Shown here one piece after another: positions 9,911-22,884 of a DNA stretch of 64,000 nucleotides. Made by a program: the position numbers and the translations under genes. How positions within the stretch are numbered: position 1 is the stretch's first letter; each line of letters starts with the position of its first letter. Location of the stretch: NCBI RefSeq assembly GCF_963921235.1, contig NC_086107.1:113090001-113154000 (forward strand). Reading direction: 5' to 3'. This DNA is from Mobula hypostoma. Its lineage: Eukaryota. The notes beneath the pieces are model-generated. The model saw nothing but the letters and a program-made list of their open reading frames with translations, was not told the origin of the DNA and searched no databases.

Positions 9911-10879
9911 GGGTAAAATTAGCCGATTAATGTCCGCCGACCAAAATAAGCAAACTGTAAGAATCCAGCCAGTCTCACCCCCACCCTGGTTTGAACACTT
10001 AGTCCCGCTGTTTAGGACAGTGTGTATTGCTCAGTTACGAACCCAGATGGATCCCAGTGGGCAAGACCATGTTCACTCTTTTAAAGTAAACACAATCTGG
10101 CAGAGAGAGCGTTATCAATTAAGCAAGACTGTTGTAAAAAAAAAACTAACGTCCTTCCAGGAAGGAAAACTGCCGTATTTACCTGCGCTGGTTTCTGTGA
10201 AACTCCACACCCAAGCACCGTGATCGGTCCTCAGTCAATCTGTGAAGTGACCGGCCGCGCTACTCGGCAACTACACTACCTCCCCCTACGAACCGTGCCC
10301 ACATCCTGTAAACGGGCCGAAATAAATAGAAATTTCCTCGACAAGAAGAGGAGAAAAACCCAAAATGCAGCTGGCGGAAGAAGGGAAAAAAACCTGTGTA
10401 TGCTGTCTCGCCGGTGCAGGAATTTCCATTGTGCCCAGACGGATATGACAATAAACCAACCTCAGTCTGAAGCATCGGATCAGAGGGACAGTTAGTCACA
10501 CGAAGTTCTTCAGCCACCGGACCCGTTAACACCCATTTACACTTTACATCTGTTCCATAGATACCGCCTGACTTGCTGAATTCCTCCGGCACTTTGTCCA
10601 GCATCGGCAGCCTTGCTCGTGTTTGTGATTTACTGCCCTTTTTCACCACTTTTCCCATTAATTATCGTCTAACTTTTAAAACATCTTTAGTTTGTGCGTG
10701 TGGACACTCGTGAGTCTAAGAGAGTACAAGCGCCCAGTGGCCACTTTATTAGGTACGCCGGTACACCTGCTCGTTCATGCAAATATCTAATCAGCCAATC
10801 ACGTGGCAGCGACTCGGTGGGTAAAAGCATGAAGACATGGTCAAGAGGTTCAGTTGCATTATTTCGTACACAAAGTAGT

Positions 10880-11375
10880 CATATAGTCATAGTCATACTT
10901 TATTGATCCCGGGGGAAATTGGTTTTCGTTACAGTTGCACCATAAACAATAAATAGCAATAAAATCATAAATAGTTAAATACTAATATGTAAATTATGCC
11001 AGGAAATAAGTCCAGGACCAGCCTATTGGCTCAGGGTGTCTGACCCTCCAAGGGAGGAGTTGTAAAGTTTGATGGCCACAGGCAGGAATGACTTCCTATG
11101 ACGCTCTGTGCTGCATCTCAGTGGAATGAGTCTCTGGCTGAATGTACTCCTGTGCCCAACCAGTACATTATGTAGTGGATGGGAGACATTGTCCAAGATG
11201 GCATGCAACTTAGACAGCATCCTCTTTTCAGACACCACCGTCAGAGAGTCCAGTTCCATCCCCACAACATCACTGGCCTTACGAATGAGTTTGTTGATTC
11301 TGTTGGTGTCTGCTACCCTCAGCCTGCTGCCCCAGCACACAACAGCAAACATGATAGCACTGGCCACCACAGACT
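10880..11375 (-). mobile_element. Rex1/Babar-type LINE 3' fragment
   Basis: SVVASAIMFAVVCWGS...RINKLIRKAS...SHPLH...RHRKSFLPVAIKLYN; (gactat)n tail. Confidence 0.85.
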
Positions 11376-12385
11376 TGGTGTTATATGTCTCCTTCTTATG
11401 GGTCCCTGCACATAGAGGTGTTGAGGGGAATGAGTGCTCAGCTGTTGAAAGTTTTACCATGGATATAGACCTTTCACTTAGCAAATCAGAAGCTAAGAGG
11501 TTTGTGGATTGAAGGATTAAGGGGTTACGACAAGACTTGTGGGATAAGGGGAGACAACTTCACAGAGTTGATCACCTCCATCATGGTCACTTACCTCCGT
11601 AGTATCCAGGACGTCTTCAAGAAGCGGTGTCTCAGAAAAGTGGCATCCATCATTACGGACTCCCATCACCCAGGACATGCCCTCTTCTCATTGCTAACAT
11701 CAGGAAGGATGTGCAGGGGGCTGAAGGCAGATAGTCAATGATTCAGGAACAGCTTCCTCCCCTCTGCCATCCGATTTCTGAATGGACATTGAACCCATGA
11801 ACACTACCTCACTACTTTTTAAAATTTATTTCTGTTTTTTGAACTATGTATTTGAACTTAGCTAATTAAAATGCATGCATATATAATTACTGTAAGTCAT
11901 TATTTTCTATATCCATCATGTATTGCCTTGTACTGCAGACAACTAATTTTACAACATATGCCAGTGTATTAAATCTGATTCTGATATTGACTCAACTTAG
12001 AATTATTCCTTATATCTGGTTGGAAAACATCACTCTGGGGTGTGTAGGTTCTGTCATCATTATGAAACAGTTGAACACATTCTGTTACAGTGTGAAGCAT
12101 ATAAGGTTGAAAGAAATCAAATGAAAACTTCATTAAAATCTTTGGGGGTTGACAGCTTTCATTTAAAAACTTTGATAAGTTAAGGGAGTAACTTTAATTT
12201 AATTCACAGTATTGTCTTTCATTACTTATAATCTATAGGGCTTTTTGGGGTAATTTAGCTTTCATTTGAAAGAGAAGTAGTAAGGGTTTTTTCCCCCCAG
12301 TTCTATATTCTACACCACATTCCAGTCCAGTTGGTGGTGGTAATGCACCTTTAAGTTAGACTTTTGATGAGGAAGAGGACAAGGA
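11376..12385 (+). mobile_element. Nimb/I-group LINE 3' fragment with RNase H and CCHC remnants (interrupted by a Rex fragment at ~11560-11990)
   Basis: FLWVPAHRGVEGNE (RNase H motif) at ~11390-11435; 12001-12183 translates NYSLYLVGKHHSGVCRFCHHYETVEHILLQCEAYKVER (CCHC); 3' UTR ccagttggtggtggtaatgcacc then purine tail. Confidence 0.8.
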
Positions 12386-13009
12386 ATTGTTGTTCAGACC
12401 AAACATCAGAATGTGATCGAAGTGACTTTTACCATGGAGTGATTGTTGGTGCCAGACAGGGTGATTTGAGTATCTCAGAAACTGCTGATCTCCTAGGATT
12501 TTCATGCATAACAGTCTCCGAAGTCACAGAGAGTGGTGTGAAAAGCAAAAAAAAACATCCAGTGAGTGGCAGTTCTGTGGGATAAAATGTCCTGATAATG
12601 AGAGAGGTCAGAGGAGAATGGCCAGACTGGTTCAAGCTGACAGGAAGGTGACAATGACTCAAATAACCACACGTTACAACAGTGATGGGCAGAAGAGCAT
12701 CTCTGAACACACTACACATGCAAACTTGAGCGGACGGGTTACAGCAGCAGACAATCATGAACGAAGGTTCAAAGGTTCACTTTATTATCCAAGTGTACAA
12801 CTCTGAAATTCTTCTTCTCCCAATAGTCATGAAACCAAGAAAGAAAACAACTACAGCACAATCATCAACCTCCAAATTCCCCCTTCCCATACAAAAAATG
12901 AACAAAAATGGAACAAGTACATTGCCCCTCGCACAAATCTCCCAAACCCCACACACACAAAAAATGAGGAAGATCGGGCGAAGAACACAGAATATAAAAA
13001 AAAACTATT

Positions 13010-13700
13010 TCCATTTTTAAAATCTTTTTTATTAATTATTATTAAAGATCCACAAAATATACATTAAGGTAATCAAGTCAACATGTCAATATGTATAATG
13101 AAGAATTGAATTACCAAACAACTGATTAACAAAGCTAAACAATATATCAATAATAAGAAGAAAAAAAGCATTAAGAATATTTTTAAGGAAAAAAGAAGGG
13201 AAAAAAAAGGACTCCTACTAACTAAAACAAAAAAAAAACCCTGCTAAGAAAAAAACCGAAAAAAAACCCATTGGGAGCACAACCCCGGAGTTATACACCA
13301 TACAAGCTTCCATAAAAGAAACACATCAATCCGCCAACTCAAATCCATTTAAACAAGAATCGAGAAGGAAACCATCTTAATTAACTCAAATCAGATGATA
13401 GTAGCGGGCAAATAAACCCCACCTTTTCTCAAAGTCAAATCGAGGATCAAAAGTTCGACTTCTGATTTTCTCCAAACTAAGACATAACATCACCTGAGAG
13501 AGCCATTGTATCAAAGTGGGAGCAGAAGCATCTTTCCATTTCAATAAAATAGCCCTTCTGGCCAATAATGTAACAAATGCAATTACATGTTGGTCTGATA
13601 TAGAAATACCATGAATATATTGAGGAATTATACCGAACGAAACTGTCAATTTATTAGGTTACAAATTAATTTTTAAAGCTTTAGAAATTGTAGAGAAAAT
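13010..13700 (-). mobile_element. L1-clade LINE 3' fragment
   Basis: ORF 13386-13649 ...LLARRAILLKWKDASAPTLIQW...LSLEKIR...FEKRWGLF typical of fish L1 ORF2 C-terminus; T-rich 3' UTR with AATAAA. Confidence 0.8.
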
Positions 13701-13811
13701 ATAAGACTGAAAAAAGAAGTCTATGGTCCAAGTCCATATCCAAAATACAGAAAACCTGGGTAACGTTTTCTGGGCAGAGCAGCAAGCTCTCCCCTCTCAG
13801 ATCGCAGAGAG

Positions 13812-14310
13812 AGGGTTCAGAGAAGATTCACAAGAATGACTCCAGGAATGAAAGGGTTACCATGTGAGGAATGTCTGGCTTCTCTTGGGCTGTATTCCCA
13901 AGGGTTCAGGAGAATGAGGGGGGATCTCATAGAAACATTCCAAATGGTAAAAGGCCTGAACAGATTAGATATGACAAAGTTATTTCCCATGGTAAGGGAT
14001 TCTAGGACAAGAGGACATGACTTCAGGATTGAAAGACGTCCTTTTAGAACTGAGATGTGGAGAAATTACGTTAGTCAGAGGGTGGTAAATCTGTGGAACT
14101 TGTTGCCATGAGCGGCTGTGGAGGCCAAATCATTGGGTGTACTTAAGGCAGAGATAGACGGGTTCTTGATTAGCCAGGGCATCAAGGGTATGGGGTGAAA
14201 TCAGGGGAGTGGGGATGACTGGATGAAGTGGATCAGCCCATGATTGAAGGGCGGAGCAGACTCGATGGGCCGAATGGCCTACTTCTGCTCCTAAATCTTA
14301 TGGTCTTATG
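13812..14310 (+). mobile_element. CR1 3' fragment
   Basis: PGMKGL...LGLYS...RRMRGDLIETF...TRGH...RVVNLWNLLP; 3' gggccgaatggcctacttctgctcc. Confidence 0.9.
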
Positions 14311-14689
14311 ACCCCGAGCGATCAAAAGGCAGGCAGCCAGCGCTCACCTTCTGCATTCACCTCGATGTTTCAACCTCCCTCTTCGCTTTAATCGGTGAAA
14401 TGGAGTCAAACGTCTGTTCGCGCCCTGTCATACCATCAGTGGCTGCTTTTTTAGCTACAGGAGGTACCTAATAAAGTGGCCACTGAGGGTATATGTGTCT
14501 ATGTGTGTCACATACATTTGGGCAACAGTGTACTTGCATGAGAGTTTGTGTTTGGGGTACAGGCTTACCCTGGCTAAGCAGAAGATTCCATTTCATCAGT
14601 CGATTTTGTCCCCAGATCAGAAAACAATCAAATGCCATCCATTCTATTTACCTAGGGAGTTCTCCGTGATCATGACCACAGTTTACGTT

Positions 14690-14920
14690 CCAATATCGGC
14701 CTGACTGTGATAGTGCATACTGCCATCACCGAACAAGAAACAGTTCACCCTGACACATTTTAAATTATAGTTGGGAACTTCACCCAGGGGTCATTTGAAG
14801 AAATCCCTATTCAATTACCCTCAGCACATAACCTGTAGCAGCAGAGGTCCTAACACACTAGACCACTGTTATACCACTACAAGGAATGCCTACCGTTCCA
14901 TGCCCAGACCACATTTCAGG
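14690..14920 (+). mobile_element. Rex1/Babar endonuclease remnant
   Basis: acactagaccactgttataccac...aatgcctaccgttccatgcccagaccacattt (TLDHCY..NAYRS.P.PHF-like), similar to 39330-39551 minus. Confidence 0.6.
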
Positions 14921-14924
14921 AAAT

Positions 14925-17900
14925 AGAAACAATAGACAATAGACAATAGGTGCAGGAGTAGGCCGTTTGGCCCTTCGAGCCAGCACCGCCATTCACTGTG
15001 ATCATGGCTGATCACCCACAATCAGTATCCATTTCCTGCCTTCTCCCCATATCCCTTGACTCTGCTATCTTTAAGAGCTCTATCTAACTCTTTCTTGAAA
15101 GAATCCAGAGAATTGGCCTCCACTGCCTTCTGAGGCAGAGCATTCCACAGAACCACAACCCTCTGTGTGAAAAAGTTTTTCCTCAAAACCATTCCAAAAT
15201 GGTCTACCCCTTATTCTTAAACTGTGGTCTCTGGTTCTGGACTCCCCCAACATCGGGAACATGTTTCCTGCCTCTAGCGTGTCCAATCCCTTAATAATCT
15301 TATAGGTTTCAATCAGATCCCCTCTCATCCTTCTAAATTCTAGTGTATACAAGCCCAGTCGCTCCAATCTTTCAACATATGACATTCCCGCCATCCCTGG
15401 AATTAACCCAGTAAACTTACTAACAAGAATTATTCCCTCAATAACAAGAATGTCCTTCCTCAAATTTGGAGACCAAAACTGCACATAATACTCCAGGTTT
15501 GGTCTCACCAGGGCCTTGTACAACTGCAGAAGGACCTCTTTGCTCCTATACTCAACTCCCCTTGTTAAGAAGGCCAACATGCCATTAGCTTTCTTCACTG
15601 CCTGCTGTACCTGTATGCTTACTTTCAGTGACTGATGAACAAGGACACCCAGATCTCGGTGTTCTTCCCCTTTTCCTAACTTGACACCATTCAGATGGTA
15701 ATCTGCCTTCCTGTTCTAGCCACCAAAGTGGATAACCTCACATTTATCCACATTAAACTGCATGTGCCCACTCACCCAACCTGTCCAAGTCACCCTGTAT
15801 TCTCATAACATCCTCCTCACATTTCACACTGTCACCCAGCTTTGTGTCATCTGCAAATTTGCTAATGTTACTTTTAATCCCTTCATTGTAAATAGATGCG
15901 GTCCCAGCACCGAGCCTTGCGGTACCCCACTAGTCACTGCCTGCCATTCTGAAAAGGACCCATTAATCCCTACTCTTTGCTTCCTGTCTGCCAACCAATT
16001 TTCTATCCATGTCAGTACCCTACCCCCAATACCATGTGCTCTAATTTTGCCCACTAACCTCCTATGTGGGACCTTATCAAAGGCTTTCTGAAAGTCCAGG
16101 TACACTACATTCACTGGCTCTCCCTTGTCCATTTTCATAGTTACATCCTCAAAAAATTCCAGAAGATTAGTCAAGCATGATTTCCCCTTCGTAAATCCAT
16201 GCTGACTTGGACCGATCCTGTTACTGCTATCCAAATGTGCTGCTATTTCATCCCTTATAATTGACTCCAGCATCTTCCCCACCACTGACGTCAGGCTAAC
16301 TGGTCCATAATTGCTTGTTTTCTCTCTGCCTCCTTTCTTAAAAAGTGGGATAACATTAGCCACCCTCCAATCCACAGGAACTGATCCTGAATCTATAGAA
16401 CATTGGAAAATGATTACCAATGCGTCCACAATTTCTAGAGCCACCTTCTTAAGTACCCTGGGATGCAGACCATCAGGCCCTGGGGATTTATCAACCTTCA
16501 GTCCCATCAGTTTACCCAACACCATTTTCTGCCTAATGCGAATTTCCTTCAGTTCCTCTGTTACTCTAGGTCCTCTGGCCACTATTAAAATTGGGAGATT
16601 GCTTGTGTCTTCCCTAGTGAAGACAAATCCAAAGTACCTGTTCAGCTCGCCTGCCATTTCCTTGTTCCCCATAATAATTTCACCCATTTCTGTCTTCAAG
16701 GGCCCAACTTTGGTCTTAACTAATTTTTTCCTCTTCACATACCTAAAGAAGCTTTTACTATCCTCCTTTATATTCTTGTCTAGCTTACCTTTGTACCTCA
16801 TCTTTTCCCCCCACATTGTCTTTTTAGTTATCTTCTGTTGCTCCTTAAAAGTCTCCCAATCCTCTGGCTTCCCGCTAATCCTTGCTAAGTTATACTTCCT
16901 CTCTTTTATTCTTATACTGTCTTTGACTTCCCTTGTCATCCACAGTCGCCCCTTACTCCCCTTAGACTCTTTCTTCCTCTTTGGAATGAACTGATCCTGC
17001 ACCTTCTTTATTATTCCCAGAAATACCTGCCATTGTTGTTCCAGTGTAATTCCTGCTAGGGTATCTTTCTAGTCAACTTTGGCCAGCTCCTCCCTCATGG
17101 CTCCATAGTCCCCTTTGTTCAACTGTAATACTGACACTTCTGATCTTCCCTTCTCCCTCTCAAACAGTAAATTAAAACTTATTATATTATGGTCATTATC
17201 TCCTAAGGGCTCCTTTACCTCGAGTTCCCTTATCAAATCTGGCTCATTACACAACACTAAATCCAGAATTGCCTTCTCCCTGGTAGGCTCTAATACAAGC
17301 TGCTCTAAGAATCCATCTCTGAGGCATTCCACAAGCTCCCTTTCTTGGGGTCCAGTACCAACCTGATTTTCCCAGTCTACCTGCATGTTGAAATCCCCCA
17401 TAACAACCGTAGAATTACCTTTGGGACATGCCAATTTAAACTCCTGATTTAACTTGCACCCTATATCCAGGCTACCATTTGGGGGCCTGTAGATAATTCC
17501 CATCAGGGTCTTTTTGCCCTTACAATTTCTCAGTTCTATCCATACTGACTCTACATCTCCTGATTCTATGTCCTCCCTCGCAAGGGACTGAATTTCATCC
17601 CTCACCAACAGAGCCACCCCACCCCCTCTGCCCACCTGTCTGTCCTTTTGATAGGACGTATACCGTTGAATATTCATTTCCCAGTCCTGGTCCTCTTGCA
17701 GCCATGTCTCTGTTATTCCTACAACATCATACTTGCCAATTTCCAACTGAGCCTCAAGCTCATCCACTTTATTTCTTATACTCCGTGCATTCATATACAA
17801 TACTTTTAATCCTTTTAAAGTAATACTTTTACTCCCCTCACCTTTCACATCGATTCCTATTGCACTTGGCCATACTCTCCGATCCCTTCCTGAGCTTTCT

Positions 17901-18096
17901 GCCCCGTTAATTTTGTCATCTTTCTTAACTTTTCTTATTCTCTCCTTCCCTTTAACTCCATCCTTATATTTCCAGTTCGTCCCCTCCCCCCCCCCACTAC
18001 TTAGTTTAAACACACCCGTGTAGCAGTAGCAAACCTGCCTGCCAGAATGCTGGTCCCCAGTCTGTTAAGATGCAACCCGACCCTTCTGTACAAGTC
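14925..18096 (-). mobile_element. CR1 LINE, near-complete ORF2 plus ORF1 end, inactivated
   Basis: APE endonuclease (MNARSIRNK, GITETWL, YRPP, MGDFN, LDLVL, DH) at 17069-18013; RT (KSPGPDG, QHGF, YLDFQKAFDKVPH, GVPQGSVLGP) at 15824-17002; C-terminus 15080-15598; (ctattgt)n tail; premature stop and internal deletion. Confidence 0.95.
18001..18096 (-). pseudogene. CR1 ORF1 SGNH-esterase C-terminal remnant
   Basis: DLYRRVGLHLNRLGTSILAGRFATATRVCLN* (degenerate DGLHLN block V motif). Confidence 0.7.
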
Positions 18097-20055
18097 ATAG
18101 AAACATAGATACACAGAAAACCTACAGCACAATACAGGCCCTTCAGCCCACAAAGCTGTGCTGAACATGTACTTACTTTCGAAATTACCTAGGGTTACCC
18201 GTAGCCCTCTATTTTTCTAAGCTCCATGTACCTATCCAGGAGTCTCTTAAAAGACCCTATCATATCTTCCTCCACCACTGCTGATGTCAGTCCATTGCAC
18301 GCACTCACCACTCTGTGTGTAAAAAACTTACCCCTGACATCTCCTCTGTACCTACTTCGAAGCACCTTAAACTGTGCCCTCTTGTGATAGTCATGTCAGC
18401 CCTGGGAAAAAGTCTCTGTCTATCCATATGATCAATGTCTCTCATCATCTACTGCTCTACCTTCATCAACGTGTTTAGTCACATCCTCAAAAAATTCAAT
18501 CAGGCTCGTAAGGCACGACCTGCCTTTGACAAAGCCATGCTGACTATTCCTAATCATATTATGCCTCTCCAAATGTTCATAAATCCTGCCTCTGAGGGTG
18601 TTTTCCATCAACTTACCAACCACTGAATTAAGACTCACTGGCCTATAATTTCCTGGGCTATCTCTACACCCTTTCTTGAATAAGGGAACAACATCTGCAA
18701 CCCCCAATCCTCTGGAACCACCCCCATCCTCATTGGTCATGCAAAGATCATTGCCAGAGACTCAGCAATCTCCTCCCTCACCTCCTACAATAGCCTGTGG
18801 TACATCTCGTCCGGTCCCAGAAACTTATCTAACTTGATGCTTTCCAAAAGCTCCAGCACATCCTCCTTCTTAATGTCTATATGCTCAAGCTTTTCAATCC
18901 GCTGTAAGTCATCCCTACAATTGCCAAGATCCTCTTCTGTAGTGAATACTGAAGCAAAGTACTGATTTCATTAAGTATCTCAGCTACCTCCTCTGGTTCC
19001 ATACACACTTTTCCACTGTCACACTTGATTGGTCCTATTCTCTCACGTCTTATCCTCTTGCCCTTCACATACTTGTAGAATGCCTTGGGGTTTTCTTTAA
19101 TCCTGCTCGCCAAGGGCTTCTCATGGCTCCTTCTGGCTCTCCTAATTTCATTCTTAAGCTCCTTCCTGCTAGCCTTATAATCTTCCAGATCTCTATCATT
19201 ACCTAGTTTTTTTAAAACTTTTGTAAGCTTTTCTTTTCTTCTTGAATGGATTTACAACGGCCTTTGTACACCACGGTTCCTGTACCCTACCATCCTTTCC
19301 CTGTCTTATTGGAACGTACCTATACAGAACTCCACGCAAATATCCCCTGAACATTTGTTCCTATCCCTCTCCAATGCTATGGTAAAAGAGATAAAATTGT
19401 GATCACTATCTCCAAAATGCTCTTCCACTGACAGACTTGACACCCGACCAGGTTCATTTCCCAATACCAGATTAAGTACAGCCTCTCCTCTTGTAGTCTT
19501 ATCTACATATTGGGTCAGGAAACCTTCCTGAACACACCTAACAAACTCCACCCCATCTAAACCCTTTGCTCTAGGGAGATGTCAATCAATATTTGGGAAA
19601 TTAAAATCTCCCACCACGACAACCCTTATTATTACACCTTTCCAAAATCTGTCTCCCTTTCTGCTCCTCGATGTCCCTGTGATAAAAAACACCCTGTAGA
19701 GTTATTGACCCTTTCCTGTTTCTAACTTCCACCCACAGAGACTCAGTAGACAACCCCTCCATGACTTCCTCCTTTTCTGTAGTCGTGACACTATCTCTGA
19801 TCAACAGTGCCACGCCCCCACCTCTTTTGCCTCCCTCCCTGTCCTTCCTGAAACATCTAAAGCCTGGCACTCTAAGTAACTGTTCCTGCCCCGAGCCATC
19901 CAAGTCTCTGCAATGGCCACAACATCATAGCTCCAAGGGCTGATCCTCGCTCTAAGCTCATCTGCTTTGTTCATAATACTCTTTGCTTTAAAATAGACAC
20001 ATCTCAAACCATCAGTCTGAGCATATCCCTTCTCTATCACCTGCCTATCCTCCCT
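18097..20055 (-). mobile_element. Second CR1 family, internally deleted EN-RT copy
   Basis: NYRPVSL.SVVGKLME, QHGFVKGRSCLTSL, GDSDHN, KDREGGKRGGGVALL fragments; separate 3' end at ~18100. Confidence 0.9.
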
Positions 20056-20074
20056 CCTCCCTCTCGCACAGTCT

Positions 20075-20905
20075 TCGAGGAGGAGGAAACCGGAGGTCAG
20101 TGAGCCAGTCCTCATCGGGGGTCGAAGGTCAAGAGGGAGGATCAGCAACTTTAAATTCCTTGATGTTATCATTTCAGGGCGCCGCTCCAGGGCCCAGCAT
20201 GTAATTACAAAGAAAGCACGGCAGCACCTCTACTTCCTTAGGAGTTTGCAAAGATTCAGCAAGACATTTAAAACTTTGACAAACTTCCATAGGTGTGCGT
20301 TGGAGAGCATATTGACTGGTTGCATCAAGCCTAGTATGGAAGCACCAAAGCCCTTAAACAGAAAATCCTACAAAAAGTAGTGGATACGGCCCAGTCCAGC
20401 ACGGTCAAAGCCCTCGGCAAAACTGAACACATCAACCAATAGCACTATCATAGGAAAGCAGCATTTGTCATTAGGAACCCACGCTAACCAGTCTTTTCTC
20501 GCTGCTGCCATCAGGAAAAAAGGTACAGGAACCTCAGGAGGCACACCGCCAAGGTTCAGGAACAGTTATCACCCCTCAACCATCAGGCTCTTGAACTAGA
20601 GGAGATAACTTCACTGATCCCATTACTGAACTGTTCCCACAACCTATGGATTCACTTTCAAGGGATCTTCATCTCATTTTCTCAAATATTTATTGCTTAT
20701 TATTATTATTTTTTCTCTTTCTTTATGTATTTGCACAGTTTGCTGTTTTTTATTGCACATTGGTTGTTTATCCGCTCTGTTGGGCAAGGCCTTTTCTTGA
20801 TTCTGTCATGGTTCCTGTATTTACTGTGGATGCCTGCACAAAAATGAATCAGGGTTGTATATGGTGATGTACATGTACTTTGATAATAAATTTATTTTGA
20901 ACCTT
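20075..20905 (+). mobile_element. Rex1/Babar-type LINE 3' fragment
   Basis: KKARQHLYFLRSL.RF...ESILTGCI...LLPSG.RYR; 3' UTR ending aataaatttattttga. Confidence 0.85.
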
Positions 20906-21111
20906 GAAAATGCACCAAAATCACTTGATTTGACAACCACACCTCCACAGTACTGTCATAAAAGGCATCAAACGCCCAGAAGGCTGATACGAAAGACCAA
21001 TTCTTAAAAGTGGAAGGAAGGAAGAAATGCATGCACGGTAGTGTGGTGGTTAACGCAGTGCTTTACAGCGCTAGCAGCCCAGGTTCAATTCCCGCCGATG
21101 TTTGTATGTTC

Positions 21112-21743
21112 CAGACATCCCACCTCTCCCGGAAGTTCCGGGAGTCTCCCGCATATTAATAGTGGCTCCCTGATGCCCGCAAATTATATACAATATCACG
21201 GAAATCAATTTTTTTTGAGCGAGCGAGAGAAAGCAAGGGAGAGCCCCAGAGCGACCACAAGAGAGAGCGCGCACGTGAGAGAGAGCGAAAGCGAGCGAGC
21301 AAGCGAGTGAGAGAGCGGGCGAGAGAGCAAGCAAGCGGGAGCACGCGAGCGAGAGAGCGAGAGAGAGCAAGTGAGAGCGACCACGAGAGAGAGAGAGAGG
21401 GAGAGAGAACACGCCATGACAGAGTGTTCCAAACAAAATATAATATGTATGTCACCCCAGACTACCCTAAAGTGTACCCTTGTCTAATAGGGGTCAAAAT
21501 AATGACAGTGTTGCCCGCTGCACTGTTTGCAACAGTGACTTTTCTATTGCCCGTGGTGGGTTAAGACTGTAAAAGACATGTTGAGGTGAGTTTAACAGGT
21601 GTCATTCGTTCATTAGCATAGCTAACGTTATTTAAACTAGCTGGCTCGCTGCTCAGGAGCTACTGTATTGCAGACATCCCAACTCTCCCGGAAATTGATG
21701 GTGCTACCTCCCTGAAATGAGTTTTTGCAGGGTTGGATGTCTG
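21112..21743. mobile_element. Non-autonomous DNA transposon with 6 bp TSD, inserted in a tRNA SINE head (21033-21111)
   Basis: Termini cagacatcc / ggatgtctg; flanks atgttc (21106-21111) and atgttc (21744-21749); internal copy of the left end at ~21672; GA/GC-rich tract 21218-21410. Confidence 0.8.
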
Positions 21744-21998
21744 ATGTTCTTCCCAGTCAAAGTTCAAAAAAAAAAGGCCATCAAGCACCCAATGTGCCAA
21801 GAGAGAGAAAAAAACAAATCGTGCCAACAATAAAAATTAGAATTCAGAACAAAAGTAAGTCCAGAGTCCCCAGGCCCGAAGCCAGGCCTCAGCCTCAGTT
21901 CAGTGCCTAGCCAAGTAAATGTCACAGAGCAGTCAGCAGAACCAGCCTAACCCTTGCCTCTGGTCCCGACACCCTGCCTTTTCAATCTGGCCTGGCGT

Positions 21999-22545
21999 TA
22001 GGGTTGCCAGCTGTCCCGTATTAGCCAGGACATCCCGTATATTGGGCTAAATTGGTTTGTCCCATACGGGACCGCCCTTGTCCCGTATTTTCCCCGCTAA
22101 GGTACAGCGTTCCTATGAAACCTTTCGTGCCGAAATGGTATAAAGTGAAGAAGCAATTACCATTAATTTATATGGGAAAAATTTTTGAGCGTTCCCAGAC
22201 ACAAAAAATAACCTACCAAATCAAACCAAATAACACAAAATAAATCCTAAAATAACACTAACGTATAGTAAAAGCAGGAATGATATGATAAATACACAGC
22301 CTATATAAAGTAGAAATAATGTATGTACAGTGTAGTTTCACTCAGACAGAATCGGGAAGATTAAGTCAAAACTGATTTGTAGAAAAAAATCGGCACATAC
22401 GCGCATGTGCACTTCACGTATGTGCACACAGGCGCCCGTGCAAGGCTTCATGGTCATGGTAGTCTTTCTCGGGGTAAACACAAGTGTCCCGTATTTGACT
22501 GCTACTTTTGTCCCTTATTTGGGAGTGAGAAAGTTGGCAACCCTA
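21999..22545. mobile_element. hAT-type MITE
   Basis: TIR tagggttgcca / tggcaacccta; perfect 8 bp TSD cctggcgt (21991-21998, 22546-22553); subterminal tcccgtat repeats. Confidence 0.92.
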
Positions 22546-22884
22546 CCTGGCGTTTAAATTGTCCAAACGGCGGGTCGTTTCCTGCTCTAGGACCCGGCCC
22601 TGTTGCTTCGATGTGCTCTGGGCCTGGGCCCTGCCGCCGTGTCTCGTCCTGTACCCGACCTTCCCAATTCGGCCCAGCGCTTAAACCGATCAAAGCTCGG
22701 GTCTTTCCTCGCTCTCGGGGACAGGCCCGGGATCCGCCTCGTCTCCACTCGCCTCTCCATTGTTTGAAGTGATCTCTTGCTGGAAATCTCACCAGGTAAA
22801 GCGTTAATAATAAAGAATTTAGTTATATTCTTTTTTGTTCGCCACCGACATGTAGTTGCTGGACTTCACCGACGGCATCTTAAT

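Larger units (their letters stand above)
10735..14486 (+). mobile_element. Internally deleted Tc1/mariner element split into three pieces (10735-10857, 12388-12762, 14437-14486) by nested insertions
   Basis: TIR cagtggccactttattaggtac / gtacctaataaagtggccactg; middle piece encodes paired-like HTH SDF.HGVIVGARQGDLSISETADLLGFS; collinear with the copy at 53822-54530. Confidence 0.85.

Noticed and set aside
16311..16994. 227 aa hydrophobic plus-strand ORF
   Set aside because: Antisense shadow of CR1 ORF2.
14925..18096. Potentially active CR1
   Set aside because: Premature stop at ~17070, deletion in RT near 15885 and 5' truncation within ORF1.
21033..21111. tRNA gene
   Set aside because: A/B boxes are present, but the sequence continues as a SINE body; no full cloverleaf.
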